From a virus (taxonomy: Duplodnaviria; Caudoviricetes), in IMG/VR virus record IMGVR_UViG_3300020306_000005, positions 1-59,124 of that record: a DNA stretch of 59,124 nucleotides; one strand, written 5' to 3'. The notes under the pieces were generated by a model, which saw nothing but the letters and a program-made list of their open reading frames with translations, made no database searches and had not been told where the DNA came from. This document shows, piece after piece, positions 1 through 10,931 of this stretch; within the stretch, counting starts at the first letter, position 1, and every line of letters begins with the position of its first letter. Position numbers and translations under genes: made by a program.

Positions 1-57
1 CCTACATTAAAAGATGGGGTGTTAGGTAATGTTACCTTTCCAACTAAGCCGAGCTAA
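1..57 (+). CDS. C-terminal fragment of probable tail fibre assembly protein
   Basis: Frame 1 reads PTLKDGVLGNVTFPTKPS*; the FPTKPS ending is typical of tail-fibre assembly chaperones. Confidence 0.55.
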   Translation, partial: PTLKDGVLGNVTFPTKPS

Positions 58-59
58 AA

Positions 60-1163
60 ATGTCTAAAGCAAGAGAAATTGCAAAATTAGGCGAAGTAAT
101 GACCAATGGACAGATTGGTGGGCGAAGGAATATTATAATTAATGGTGCAATGAATGTGGCACAAAGAGCAACAGGTGCTACTGGATTAGGTGCAAGCACT
201 GGTTATTTCACTGTGGATAGAGTTCAATCTGGACATAGTGGGAATAGTGCAGGTAGATATACTATGACACAAGAACCAATCACAAACTTAGATGGTTTTA
301 ATAATGCTTTAAAATTAGATTGTACTACTGCCGACACATCTATTGCATCTAATGAGTGGGAGTATCTAGCATACAATATTGAAGCAAAAGATTTACAAGC
401 ATTAAAATTTGGAACTTCAAACGCAGAAAAGTTTACTCTTTCATTTTTTGTTAAAGGCAATGCTTCAGCAACTTATACTTTAGGAGCATATTTACCAGAC
501 TCAAATAGATGGATGGCACAAACATTTTCTGTAACAACAAGTTTCACAAGAGTTTCATTGACATGGGAAGCTGATACAACTGGGACAATAAATGATGATA
601 ATGGTCCAGGTTTAATATTTTACATAACACTTCAAGTTGGTAGTGATAGAACAAGTGGTTCAATACCATCTACTTGGGAGACTTTGGCTACAGCAGATAT
701 TGCCGATTCAAGTCAAACACAATTTTTTGATAGCACATCAAGAACACTTTTTATTACTGGCTTACAGATGGAAGTAGGCTCTGTTGCCACACCTTTTGAG
801 TATAGGTCATATGGGGATGAACTTTATTTATGTCAACGATACTTTGAAGTTAGTGGCACAGGTTCAGATAATCCAGCAGGTTGGAATTTTGGTGGTATGT
901 CTACGGAAGTTTCTCATAATACTGGTTACCTACCTGGACAACAATTTGCAGTTGAAAAAAGAGCAAATCCAACAGTTGTTATATATAGTAGAAATGGTAA
1001 CTCTGGTAAAGTATCTGCTTTCAATACTGGTTCAGATGAGGGAAATGGTCATGCAATAAATGCAGTAAAAAAAACTGGCTTTCATGCAGTTCAGAGAGAT
1101 GGTGGGTCGTATACTACAGGACAAGGTTATGAGTATGGATATACAGCAGATGCAGAATTATAG
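60..1163 (+). CDS. tail fibre protein with carbohydrate-binding-like domain
   Basis: RNIIINGAMNVAQR start and GLQMEVGSVATPFEYRSYGDELYLCQRYF motif, common in marine phage fibre proteins. Confidence 0.75.
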   Translation: MSKAREIAKLGEVMTNGQIGGRRNIIINGAMNVAQRATGATGLGASTGYFTVDRVQSGHSGNSAGRYTMTQEPITNLDGFNNALKLDCTTADTSIASNEWEYLAYNIEAKDLQALKFGTSNAEKFTLSFFVKGNASATYTLGAYLPDSNRWMAQTFSVTTSFTRVSLTWEADTTGTINDDNGPGLIFYITLQVGSDRTSGSIPSTWETLATADIADSSQTQFFDSTSRTLFITGLQMEVGSVATPFEYRSYGDELYLCQRYFEVSGTGSDNPAGWNFGGMSTEVSHNTGYLPGQQFAVEKRANPTVVIYSRNGNSGKVSAFNTGSDEGNGHAINAVKKTGFHAVQRDGGSYTTGQGYEYGYTADAEL

Positions 1164-1171
1164 AGGTTAGT

Positions 1172-1342
1172 ATGGTAATAGAAAATGCAAAATATCTAGC
1201 AGTTGATGGTGAAAATACTACTATAGTGGCACTTATAGATGGAGTTTATTCATCTGTCCCATTGGACCCTTTAAACAGACACTACGCAGAAATTCTGAAA
1301 CAAGTTGCAGATGGAACGCTAACCATCAAGGATGCTGAGTAA
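1172..1342 (+). CDS. small tail-fibre-associated chaperone (56 aa, not in ORF track)
   Basis: GAGG RBS; MVIENAKY...VPLDPLNRHYAEILKQVADGTLTIKDAE; stop overlaps the next ATG. Confidence 0.75.
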   Translation: MVIENAKYLAVDGENTTIVALIDGVYSSVPLDPLNRHYAEILKQVADGTLTIKDAE

Positions 1343-1818
1343 TGTTAGCTTTCTCTGCATTTGCTGAATCTCCCTTTTCTTCATTAGGGGGAACTGTTAG
1401 ATTTGGTAGCACAACACAAGAAGCTATCTTTTCTAAAGTATCGGCAGGTGTAGGAGAGTTTAGTGGAGAAGCTGACTTATCTGCTAACTTTGTTGTAAGT
1501 TCGTTAGCTTTTGTATTACAGTCAAATGGTGCAACTTTCAACTTTGCATTTACACAATCCGCAGATGGTGTTAAACTAAAGCCAGGAGTTTCGTCGCAAG
1601 ATATAAACTTTACACAAACATCAACTGCTATTAAAAAAGCAAGTGGTGTAGGAACAGCAAGTGTAGAATTTACACAGTCGGCAAATGGAGACCTTTTATA
1701 TGAAGAAATCTTACCAGCAGATAATGAAGTGTATAGTACAATTACACCATCGAATAATGAGAGTTGGACAAAGATTACACCTTCTGGCTCTGAAACTTGG
1801 ACAGAAATAGACGCATGA
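1342..1818 (+). CDS. virion structural protein
   Basis: MLAFSAFAESPFSSLG N-terminus and WT-repeat C-terminus; tail region context. Confidence 0.6.
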   Translation: MLAFSAFAESPFSSLGGTVRFGSTTQEAIFSKVSAGVGEFSGEADLSANFVVSSLAFVLQSNGATFNFAFTQSADGVKLKPGVSSQDINFTQTSTAIKKASGVGTASVEFTQSANGDLLYEEILPADNEVYSTITPSNNESWTKITPSGSETWTEIDA

Positions 1819-1825
1819 GGTTATA

Positions 1826-2449
1826 ATGGCATCAACATATACTGGAAATACTGGAATAGAAAAAATAGGTTCTGGAGAACAAGCTGGAACTTGGGGTACA
1901 ACGACTAATACAAACTTTGATATTATCGATAGAGCATTAAATGGAGTTGTAACCTTAACGATAAGTGGTAATACAACACTAACTACTAACGATGGATCTT
2001 TATCTAATGGACATTATAAAGTTTTAATATTAAGTGGATCTCCTAGTGGTGCATTCGATTTACTTTTTGACCCTAACGATCAACAAAAATGGTTTTTTGT
2101 AAAAAATAGCACTGGTCAAACAGCTACTATAAAACAAGGTGGTGGCTCTGGATCTACTGTTACTGTACCAAATGGCACATCAACTATTGTTTTTGCAGAT
2201 GGCACTGGTGCGAATGCTAATGTAAATTCTATTCCAACAGATTTACTTTCTGATACAACTCCTCAGTTAGGAGGTAACTTAGATACAAACGGAAATGCTA
2301 TATTGTTTGGTTCTAGTAAATGGTCGATTGAATTAGATACTGGAGATAATGACTTACTTTTTAAATATAATGGAACAGCAGTATTTAAATTAGCTTCTAA
2401 TGGGGCTGTAACATCAGCAAATAACATTACAGCTTTTGGAACTGTTTAA
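1826..2449 (+). CDS. tail/virion structural protein
   Basis: MASTYT...GEQAGTWGTTTNTN motif and DTTPQLGGNLDTNG fibre motif. Confidence 0.7.
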   Translation: MASTYTGNTGIEKIGSGEQAGTWGTTTNTNFDIIDRALNGVVTLTISGNTTLTTNDGSLSNGHYKVLILSGSPSGAFDLLFDPNDQQKWFFVKNSTGQTATIKQGGGSGSTVTVPNGTSTIVFADGTGANANVNSIPTDLLSDTTPQLGGNLDTNGNAILFGSSKWSIELDTGDNDLLFKYNGTAVFKLASNGAVTSANNITAFGTV

Positions 2450-3852
2450 TGGCAGCATTACAATCATCTGGAGCAATATCCTTTCAAGATATTGAATCTC
2501 AGTATAATCCAGGCACTAACTTTCCTAGTAGAGCCTTGACTGAGTTTTATCTAGGTGGGTCTTTAGTTCGTGCAAACGCAGGCAATAATAGTTCTACAAA
2601 CTTATCAGCTGGTGTACCAACTTCTGGTGCAATATCTCTCAATGATTTTTATGGTAAAGAAAGAGCTTTTAAAAAAACTTATTCATCAACTGCAACTAAC
2701 CAAACTGGTGTAGGAGTATTTGGTGATGACTTTGCTGTTGACTATCCGAAACAGATTGTTGTAAATTCATCTATAACTGTAGGTGCAACAAGTACTGCTA
2801 ATCCAGCACTTAAAATAGATAGCACTGGAGCAGGCACTATAACAATTACAAACGAAGGAAGTATAGAAGGTGCTGGTGGTGCAGCAGGTCAGGCAGGAGG
2901 TAATGCTTTACAAGTTGATGGAAGTGTTGCTGTAACTTTAGTTAATAATGGAACAATAAAAGCTGGAGGTGGAGGTGGAGGTACTGGGGGTACTGGAGGC
3001 AAAGGTGTCTATACAGGCTCTGCTACTTTTTCTAGTTTAGTTGATGAAGGAGGGGGTGGCTCTTCTACTCCTCAAAATAATAAACCTACTTGGTTAAATT
3101 CTATTTATACAGGTGCAGGTAACTTAGATGGTGTTGGTGTTGTGAGTGACAGATTATGGGGTGGTATTAATGCACAGTTTAATCGTGGTATTAATCCAGC
3201 AGAGTTTGATATAAACCATTCTGGTAGTGCAGGTGCTGGTTTTTCTGGAAATTGTGCAAATAGAGGTCCAATTTATATTTCTGCACAAACTAATTTAACA
3301 GGTGTATATTCTGTTAGTGCTAATATTAGCACATCATACGGAAGTGGTTATGGAACGCCTACAATAAATGTAAGTACAAGTAATGTTACTTCTGGTACAT
3401 CAATAAGTAATGGTGGCACTGTTAATATAGCATCAGGTACAACTTATTATTTTACTGCTTATGGTACAACTTCAAATAATCAAAATTATTATTATAATAG
3501 TTTAAGTATGTCTGTTTCTGGAACTCCGTTAGTGACACAAAATGGTGGCACTGGTGGAGCAGGTGGCGTGGGTCAAGGTTATGATCAATCTGCTGGGTCT
3601 GGGGCTTCTGGTGGTGCTGGTTCAAATAACGCAGGTGCAGGTGGGACTGGTGGAGATGGTGGTGCTTTTGGAGCAGCAGGATCAGATGGTGGAACTGGAG
3701 GTAATGGTTCTGGTACAAGCGTAAGTTATCCAGCTACAGCACCAACAAATGGCACAAGTGGAGCTTCTGGTGGTGCAAGTGGTAAATCTATTCAAGGCGT
3801 TAGTAATGTAACATCAAGTGGCAGTGGTAGTTTAACTGGAGCAACAGCATGA
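2449..3852 (+). CDS. glycine-rich tail fibre adhesin-like protein
   Basis: MAALQSSGAISF and VPTSGAISLNDFYG motifs; long Gly-rich tracts resembling T-even gp38-type adhesins. Confidence 0.7.
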   Translation: MAALQSSGAISFQDIESQYNPGTNFPSRALTEFYLGGSLVRANAGNNSSTNLSAGVPTSGAISLNDFYGKERAFKKTYSSTATNQTGVGVFGDDFAVDYPKQIVVNSSITVGATSTANPALKIDSTGAGTITITNEGSIEGAGGAAGQAGGNALQVDGSVAVTLVNNGTIKAGGGGGGTGGTGGKGVYTGSATFSSLVDEGGGGSSTPQNNKPTWLNSIYTGAGNLDGVGVVSDRLWGGINAQFNRGINPAEFDINHSGSAGAGFSGNCANRGPIYISAQTNLTGVYSVSANISTSYGSGYGTPTINVSTSNVTSGTSISNGGTVNIASGTTYYFTAYGTTSNNQNYYYNSLSMSVSGTPLVTQNGGTGGAGGVGQGYDQSAGSGASGGAGSNNAGAGGTGGDGGAFGAAGSDGGTGGNGSGTSVSYPATAPTNGTSGASGGASGKSIQGVSNVTSSGSGSLTGATA

Positions 3853-6125
3853 TAAAAGCGTTAAAATTTAGAGCAGGAATTAATAGAGAGGTAACATCTT
3901 ATTCTAATGAGGGTGGTTATTTTGATGGTGATAAAATACGTTTTCGTATGGGGTTTCCAGAAAAACTTGGTGGTTGGGAAAAGTATTCTCCTAATCAATA
4001 CTTAGGTAGTGCTAGAAGATTACACAACTGGATAGGATTAGATAGTTCTAATTTTCTTGGTATTGGCACACATCTTAAATATTATATTGAAGAGGGTACA
4101 ATCTTTAATGACATAACGCCTATTAGAAAGGTCTCTACAAATAGTATAACATTTTCTGCATCTACCTCAGCAAATGATACAAGTGCTGGAACAACAACTG
4201 TTACTGTTACAGACACGAGTCATGGAGCAGTTGAAAATGATTTTGTTACGTTCTCAGGAGTTCATGCTGATGGACTAGGTTCTGGAGGAAATATAACACA
4301 AGCAATTTTAGAAAAAGAACATCAAATTATTAATATATTAGATGCTAATAGATATACAATCGTTTTAAATGTTTTAGCAACTGCTTCTGATAGTAGTAAT
4401 GGTGGCTCTGGTGTAGATGGTGATTATCAAGTTAACGTAGGATTAGATCAAGTTATTGGAGGTACTGGTTTTGGTGCTGGTACATGGAATGGTATTACTA
4501 ATGGTGCTTTACAAACAACAATTAACGAGGGTGGTACATTTAGTAACTCTGATACAACTTTAACTGTTGCAAGTGGTACTGGCATAGCTACTAATGACGT
4601 TATACTTGTAGATAATGAACTAATGTTAGTTACTAATGTCGCTACTAATGATTTAACTGTGGTTAGAGCTTATGCAGGAACTGGAGCAAGTAGTAATGTA
4701 AATACTGCTGCACATGGTGGTTCAAATGATACTTTAACACAAGCCGATGGTACAACTATAACAGTAAATGCAGTTACATCTAATGTGGTAACTGATGCTG
4801 CTACTCATGCAAATGGAGCTACTGTATTTTTAGTTTTTGGTAATGCTAATTCAGATAATGATTATGTAGGTTGGGGCAATGCAGCAACAGTTACAGTTAC
4901 AACTCAAATACGTCTTTGGTCACATGATAACTTTGGTGAAGATCTTATAATTAATATAAAAGATGGTGGGTTATTTTATTGGGACAAGAGTTTAGGATTA
5001 TCTAGTCGAGGTGTTGAATTAAGTGCTACTAACACATTTAGTGGAGAAAAAAGTGTTCCTACTGTAGCTAAACAAGTATTAGTATCTGATATAGATCGTC
5101 ATGTAATAGCTTTTGGGTGTGATGGTATTGGTGGAAGTTCATCTGCACCACAAGGCGATGGAACTCAAGATCCATTACTTATTAGATTTAGTAGCCAAGA
5201 AAATCCAGTAGATTGGTTTCCGACTGCAACGAATACTGCTGGAGATTTAAGACTGGGTGCAGGATCTACTTTTGTACAAGCTGTAGAAACAAAAAGAGAG
5301 ATATTAGTTTTTACAGATAAATCATTACATTCTATGCGATTTATAGGAGCTCCATTTACTTTTGGTATATCACAGTTAGCATCTAATATTACAATAATGT
5401 CTTCTGCTTCAGCTATTGCTACAGAAGATGTTGTATATTGGATGGGAATAGATAACTTTTATGTTCATGCTGGACAAACTGCACAATTACCTTGTACAGT
5501 AAAAGATAAAGTCTTTTTAGATTTTAATCTAGCCCAACGAGACAAAGTTGTATCTGGTATTAATTCAGAGTTTGGAGAAGTTTGGTGGTTTTACCCATCT
5601 GCTGATTCTAGTGAATGTAATAAATATGTTGTATGGAACTATAATGAAAAAGTTTGGTATTACGGAACTTTAACAAGAACAGCGTGGCTAGATAGAGGTA
5701 TTAGAAATTTTCCACTCGCTGCAGGAGGTGGATATGTCTTTAATCATGAACTTGGTTTCGACGATGATGGAAGTGCTATGACCTCTTTTATCGAAACATC
5801 ACCTATGGATATGGGAGATGGAGAAAAGTTTGCTTTTATAAAAAGAGTTATACCAGATTTAAGTTTTACAGGTTCTGTTACAGGTAGTTCTCCAAACGCT
5901 ACATTTACAGTTAAAGCAAGAGATTTTCCTGGAGAAGACTTTTCCCAAACAGGTACTGGTACAACAACAAGAACAGCAACAAGTCCAGTTGAACAATTTA
6001 CAAATAAACTCGATTACAGAATTAGAGGAAGATCTTTTGCAATAAGACTTGATTCTAATGCATTAGGTTGTAAGTTTAAAATGGGAACACCAAGAGTTGA
6101 TATAAGGGAAGATGGGAGAAGATAA
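3849..6125 (+). CDS. tail tubular/DNA-stabilisation protein (P22 gp10-like nozzle)
   Basis: 758 aa, beta-propeller-like; RFRMGFPEKLGGW, LIRFSSQE and WYYGTLTRTAWLD motifs; podovirus position before ejection proteins. Confidence 0.7.
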   Translation: MIKALKFRAGINREVTSYSNEGGYFDGDKIRFRMGFPEKLGGWEKYSPNQYLGSARRLHNWIGLDSSNFLGIGTHLKYYIEEGTIFNDITPIRKVSTNSITFSASTSANDTSAGTTTVTVTDTSHGAVENDFVTFSGVHADGLGSGGNITQAILEKEHQIINILDANRYTIVLNVLATASDSSNGGSGVDGDYQVNVGLDQVIGGTGFGAGTWNGITNGALQTTINEGGTFSNSDTTLTVASGTGIATNDVILVDNELMLVTNVATNDLTVVRAYAGTGASSNVNTAAHGGSNDTLTQADGTTITVNAVTSNVVTDAATHANGATVFLVFGNANSDNDYVGWGNAATVTVTTQIRLWSHDNFGEDLIINIKDGGLFYWDKSLGLSSRGVELSATNTFSGEKSVPTVAKQVLVSDIDRHVIAFGCDGIGGSSSAPQGDGTQDPLLIRFSSQENPVDWFPTATNTAGDLRLGAGSTFVQAVETKREILVFTDKSLHSMRFIGAPFTFGISQLASNITIMSSASAIATEDVVYWMGIDNFYVHAGQTAQLPCTVKDKVFLDFNLAQRDKVVSGINSEFGEVWWFYPSADSSECNKYVVWNYNEKVWYYGTLTRTAWLDRGIRNFPLAAGGGYVFNHELGFDDDGSAMTSFIETSPMDMGDGEKFAFIKRVIPDLSFTGSVTGSSPNATFTVKARDFPGEDFSQTGTGTTTRTATSPVEQFTNKLDYRIRGRSFAIRLDSNALGCKFKMGTPRVDIREDGRR

Positions 6126-6355
6126 TGGCATTAGTTGGCATACCAGCACCAAGATTACCAGAACCTCCAGAACAGATAACAAGAGAATATGTAGAAGATT
6201 TAGTTCGTACTTTAGAAATATTTATAACACAAGAAAGAAATCCAGGAGAACTAAGAGCAACGAAAATTACATTAACCGATTTACCAACAAGTGCTACTGG
6301 CTTAGAATCAGGGGCATTATATAATGATAGTGGAACAATAAAGATTGTTACTTAA
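6125..6355 (+). CDS. small virion protein
   Basis: LPTSATGLESGALYNDSGTIKIV C-terminal motif; coupled to upstream gene. Confidence 0.65.
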   Translation: MALVGIPAPRLPEPPEQITREYVEDLVRTLEIFITQERNPGELRATKITLTDLPTSATGLESGALYNDSGTIKIVT

Positions 6356-6358
6356 TGA

Positions 6359-6387
6359 TTGTAAGAAAATAAAAAATAGGGTATGTT
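6359..6387 (+). promoter_or_regulatory. sigma70-like promoter TTGTAA-17-TATGTT
   Basis: 17-nt spacing directly ahead of ATGATGATG at 6391. Confidence 0.45.
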
Positions 6388-6390
6388 GAT

Positions 6391-7476
6391 ATGATGATGG
6401 CACCACTTGAAAATGTAGCTACTGGATTAGCAAGTTTAGGTCGCTTCGAAGATAATTATATTGTTCACGCTTCAGAGGGTGAAACAGTAATACCAAAAGA
6501 AGTTTTAGATGCCAATCCAAAGCTAAAAAGTAATTTATTTAAACAAATGAAAGCTGTGGGTATAGAAAACCCAGAAAGCTATATTGTTGGTAATGAACTA
6601 AATTCTAAAAACCCTGTTACAGGACAGCCAGAATTTTTCTTTAAAAGCATAAAAAAGTTCTTACCTACTATTGGTGCAATCGTTGGTAATATTATTGCTC
6701 CAGGAATCGGAGGTGCAATAGGCTCTGGTCTTGGATCATTAGCAGCAGGTCAACCTGTTGATAAAGCATTAGTAAATGCAGGTGTTGCCTATGTTGGAGG
6801 AAAATATGTTGCTCCAGAGATAGACAAAGCAGTAGCAGGGTTTAGTGGAGGAAGTGTACCCACTGTAGGATCTACTCTTGGTTCAGGAGCAAAATTCGCT
6901 GTAACTGGTCCACCAGTAGCATCTCAAGGTATAGCAAGTGCTTTATCAGGTGCAGGTGCAACAATACCACAAGTTATAACTGCAGGACTATCACCTATAG
7001 TAGGACAAGAGATAGCAAAACTTGCTGAACCTCCTGAAGTAAAAACAGAAGGCTTATCTAAACAACAAATAGTCGACAATTATTATGCTGCATTAGCAAG
7101 AGGAGAAAACCCAGAAAGACCACCTGAGTTAGCTTTACCTCCTCAAGATCAGTTGATTGGTTTAGAAAAACAAAGACCATCAACTGATCCTCAGAAATTA
7201 TTGGCTGATGTTGATTATGAAGCTTTATTAAATAATATTTTAAATCGTAATATGTTTTTAAGGGCAAGTTATGGTGGATATATTACTGGTCCAGGAGGTC
7301 CAAGAGACGATAAGATACCAACACTACTTTCTAATACAGAATTTGTTCAAACAGGAAAAGCAGTAGCAGGTGCTGATCCTACAGGAGGTAATAATCCTGA
7401 TCGAGGAGCAAAAGTTATGGAAGGAATAATGAGAGCTTTTGAAAAAAGAGCTGATCAAAATGCGAGGATGGCGTAA
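6391..7476 (+). CDS. internal virion/ejection protein
   Basis: Gly/Ala-rich segments; NPVTGQPEFF and GPGGPRDDKIPTLLSNTEFV motifs. Confidence 0.6.
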   Translation: MMMAPLENVATGLASLGRFEDNYIVHASEGETVIPKEVLDANPKLKSNLFKQMKAVGIENPESYIVGNELNSKNPVTGQPEFFFKSIKKFLPTIGAIVGNIIAPGIGGAIGSGLGSLAAGQPVDKALVNAGVAYVGGKYVAPEIDKAVAGFSGGSVPTVGSTLGSGAKFAVTGPPVASQGIASALSGAGATIPQVITAGLSPIVGQEIAKLAEPPEVKTEGLSKQQIVDNYYAALARGENPERPPELALPPQDQLIGLEKQRPSTDPQKLLADVDYEALLNNILNRNMFLRASYGGYITGPGGPRDDKIPTLLSNTEFVQTGKAVAGADPTGGNNPDRGAKVMEGIMRAFEKRADQNARMA

Positions 7477-8405
7477 TGGCAACAACAGAACAAACCGTAA
7501 TAAATAGACAAGCACCTTTTTTAGAGGATTATGCTCGTAAGTTATTAGAGTCAGCATATCAAAAATCAGGACAAGAAATAGACATACCTGATATACAAAT
7601 AGCTGGATTTACCCCTGAACAACAAAAAGCTGTAACGATGACTAAAGAGGGCATAGGTGGGTTTCAACCTTTTTTAACAGGTGCAGAAAAAGAACTTGAT
7701 GCAATAAGAGATCAGCCTTCTGTAACTGAGGCTTATAGTCCAGAGGGTATCGCTAGATTTATGAATCCTTTTACAGACGAAGTCATAAAAGCCACAGAGC
7801 AAGATTTATTAAGACAAGGAGCCATGGCTCAAAACCAACTTGCAGGAAACGTAGTTGGTTCAGGTGCTTTCGGTGGTTCAAGATCAGGTATTGCAAGTGC
7901 TTTATTAGCAGGTGATACTTTAGATAGAATAGGTCAACAGTCTGGTCAGTTGAGGGCAGCAGGGTTTGAGTCAGCTTTACAACAAGCTCGTAATTTAGCT
8001 GATGCTCAAATAAGAGAAAGAAGTTTAGCTGGAGCGTTAGCAGGACAAAGAGCAGGATTGGGTGAATTACAACAAAGGTTAGGTCAACAAGATATAGCTA
8101 ACTTATTAGGTATTGGTTCTTTACAACAAGGACAAGCACAGGCATTGCTTGATGCACAGAGACAATCTGATTTACAGCAAGCTTATGAACCTTTCCAAAG
8201 ATTAGGGTTCTTTAGTGATATATTAAGAGGTGTACCAAGTGCTTCTCAAACAGTTACTGCAACAACTGCACCTACACCATCTTTACTTTCTCAGATAGGT
8301 GGTGTTGCTGCAACTGGGTTAGGTCTTGCTGGTCAATTAGGGTATAGACCTTTCGCAGACAGTAATAAGAGTGGAAACACAGGAATATTTAAACCATTGG
8401 CATAA
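7476..8405 (+). CDS. DNA ejection/pilot protein
   Basis: Q/G/A-rich; FMNPF and GAFGGSRSG motifs. Confidence 0.65.
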   Translation: MATTEQTVINRQAPFLEDYARKLLESAYQKSGQEIDIPDIQIAGFTPEQQKAVTMTKEGIGGFQPFLTGAEKELDAIRDQPSVTEAYSPEGIARFMNPFTDEVIKATEQDLLRQGAMAQNQLAGNVVGSGAFGGSRSGIASALLAGDTLDRIGQQSGQLRAAGFESALQQARNLADAQIRERSLAGALAGQRAGLGELQQRLGQQDIANLLGIGSLQQGQAQALLDAQRQSDLQQAYEPFQRLGFFSDILRGVPSASQTVTATTAPTPSLLSQIGGVAATGLGLAGQLGYRPFADSNKSGNTGIFKPLA

Positions 8406-8408
8406 AAC

Positions 8409-10931
8409 ATGAGTGATATTTTAAAACAAATTAATAATCCTTTATTTCGAACACCTGGATCACGATTCATGAGTCAAGGTGGGGGTATTACAGGTATACC
8501 TAACAATATGAGTGTGCGACCTGATAATATGAATATGAGTATAAATCCTAATTTAAATTTATCATTAGGTCAATCTTCTTTAAATGATATAAAGGAAGAG
8601 GATGCTAAAAAAGTTGGATTATCTATTCTTTCACAAGATAATATAAATGCCACAAAAGATAAAATAGATGATTTATCAAAAGATAAAGATGTTGATATTC
8701 AAAAAGATTTTTCGACTGACATAGAAAGAATAATGGCAGGACTGACTAAAATAACAAATGCTTCTCCAACTAAAGTACAAAAACTTTATGAAGAACAATT
8801 AGAAAATAAACCTACCCCTGAAAAGTCTTTAAAAAAAGTAAACACTTTTTTTGGTGTAGATGCTAATAAACAAACTCCTGCATGGGCTGATGCTGCACTT
8901 GCAATAGGTGCGTCTTTATTAAAACAACCAAAAGCAGGAGAGACAGCTTTACAACAAGTTGGAACTGCTCTTGCTGCAGGAGGTGTTGCTGCAAAAGCAA
9001 AAAAAGCAGAAGTTGCAAAAAAAGATTTAGCTATTAAACAACTTGGGTATCAACAGTTTGTAAGAGACCAAGCAGATTATGATAAAAAAGCTATCGCCTT
9101 TGAAAATTATTTAGAAAAAACAGAAAAAAGTAAAAAAGAGGGTGTAAAAAATTTAGTAGATATATTTTTTAAAGGTAAAAAATTTGGTTTAGATCAAAAA
9201 AAGTTTTTATTAGAAAAGAAAGGTTATTCTTTAGACGAAAAGAAGTTTAATTTACAGTTTAAAGAAGATATAGCTGATGCTTTTTCAGCTGGAGTTAAAG
9301 TTCTTCCTGAAAAATTAAGAGGAAAAGCATTAGGAATTATTTTTGATACTAAAAATAAAAAATTTATAGAAGGAATAAATTCTCCTGAACAAGTATTGCC
9401 TACTATTTATTCTCTTTTAGCGAAAGAAAATGAGTTTAAATTTGAGATTCCTGATGACGGAAAAAATATGGTATCTAGGACTTTTAAAATAACAGATCCT
9501 CAAACATATGCAGTATATAAAGAAAAATTTCCAGAGCAATTTAGTCAACCATATGACCCTGCAAAAACATATACCATTCATGGTTTTGTAGATAAAACTG
9601 CTACAGGTGCACTTATAAATAATATTAGTCAGCCCACTGTTTCTTTTACAAATACTATTAAACCTTCGAATATTGCAGCATTAGAAAGCGAAATTAAAGG
9701 ACTTGAAAAACGGATTCTTGCTGGTGGTATAACTGCAGAAGAAACAGACACTTTAAATGAACAAATAAAAAGTAGAAAAAATGCAATAAACAAGTTTGGT
9801 GAATCTCAAACTCAGGTAATGTTCCTAGATGAAGATGGTAATTTTAAGTATGCTAGTGGTTCAGCTAAAGATATAGCAGGTGGTCTTGATACTCAAAAAA
9901 ATAAAGATAACATAGAAAAATATAATTCAGGAAAAAATAACTTTTTAAGATTAATTGCTTTATCTGATATAATTTTAAGTAAAGCAGCAGATCCAAACTT
10001 TGCAAAAGCAACAGGTTTTTATAGTAGGTTTGGAGATTTTCTTTTAGGTGCACAAAACCAGTTTAAAGCTTTTACCACTGATGTTGCTTATGCTGGTGAA
10101 GAATATCAAAGATATAAAAGTGGGATAGTTGATGCAATTATAGCTAATCCAAATGGCGAAAATGCTCAAGAAAATAAATTTATACGAAATGTATTTACTA
10201 ATTTTAAAGAAGCAACTAAAGGTAATCAAGTTGTACAGTCAGCTATCATGGATATAGCTTATGCATTAGCAGGTAGTCGTGAAACAGGAAAATTAACTGA
10301 TAAAGATATTGCTATGTCTTTAGAAACAATAGGTGGTCGAAGTTTTGCAGAAAAAGATTTATTTACAAATCCAGAAAGATTAAAACAAGGTATTCGTAAC
10401 GCTGTAAAACAAGCAAATATAGACTTTGGACTACGAGCGTCTACTTATTATAAAGCATCTAGAGATTACGAAAAAAGACAAGGTAATGAAGATTATGAAC
10501 TAATAAAGTATGATCCAATACGTTTAGTAAAAGGAACTTTAGAGGATATTTATCCAGGAATAAGTGAACGAGTATTAATAAACAAAAAACCTGGAGGTGG
10601 GTTAGAATTTGTTCCTGATGCATGGTATAAAGAAAATGTATATAATATAAAAACGCAAAATTATAATGATGATTCTAATAATTTAAAAGAAGGGTTTAAA
10701 CTTGGAGAGAACACTTTTAAAGATGTTTCTACTTTAGCTAATTTTGTTTTAAGAGCATCAACTAATACAGGTGAATTTGCAAACTCTCCTTATACATTCC
10801 AAACTGAAGATGGTGCTGTAGGAGGAGAAGACGCTATAAAATTGTTAATAACAAGAATAACAAAAAATTTAAACGAAGAGCAAACTGAGCAATTTTTAAA
10901 ACAAATAGGATATCAACCAAAGAATCAATAA
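8409..10931 (+). CDS. large internal virion protein
   Basis: 840 aa helical ORF in the ejection-protein cluster. Confidence 0.5.
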   Translation: MSDILKQINNPLFRTPGSRFMSQGGGITGIPNNMSVRPDNMNMSINPNLNLSLGQSSLNDIKEEDAKKVGLSILSQDNINATKDKIDDLSKDKDVDIQKDFSTDIERIMAGLTKITNASPTKVQKLYEEQLENKPTPEKSLKKVNTFFGVDANKQTPAWADAALAIGASLLKQPKAGETALQQVGTALAAGGVAAKAKKAEVAKKDLAIKQLGYQQFVRDQADYDKKAIAFENYLEKTEKSKKEGVKNLVDIFFKGKKFGLDQKKFLLEKKGYSLDEKKFNLQFKEDIADAFSAGVKVLPEKLRGKALGIIFDTKNKKFIEGINSPEQVLPTIYSLLAKENEFKFEIPDDGKNMVSRTFKITDPQTYAVYKEKFPEQFSQPYDPAKTYTIHGFVDKTATGALINNISQPTVSFTNTIKPSNIAALESEIKGLEKRILAGGITAEETDTLNEQIKSRKNAINKFGESQTQVMFLDEDGNFKYASGSAKDIAGGLDTQKNKDNIEKYNSGKNNFLRLIALSDIILSKAADPNFAKATGFYSRFGDFLLGAQNQFKAFTTDVAYAGEEYQRYKSGIVDAIIANPNGENAQENKFIRNVFTNFKEATKGNQVVQSAIMDIAYALAGSRETGKLTDKDIAMSLETIGGRSFAEKDLFTNPERLKQGIRNAVKQANIDFGLRASTYYKASRDYEKRQGNEDYELIKYDPIRLVKGTLEDIYPGISERVLINKKPGGGLEFVPDAWYKENVYNIKTQNYNDDSNNLKEGFKLGENTFKDVSTLANFVLRASTNTGEFANSPYTFQTEDGAVGGEDAIKLLITRITKNLNEEQTEQFLKQIGYQPKNQ

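Noticed and set aside
2860-3850. GGT/GGA-rich repeats
   Set aside because: Explained by glycine-rich coding of the adhesin.
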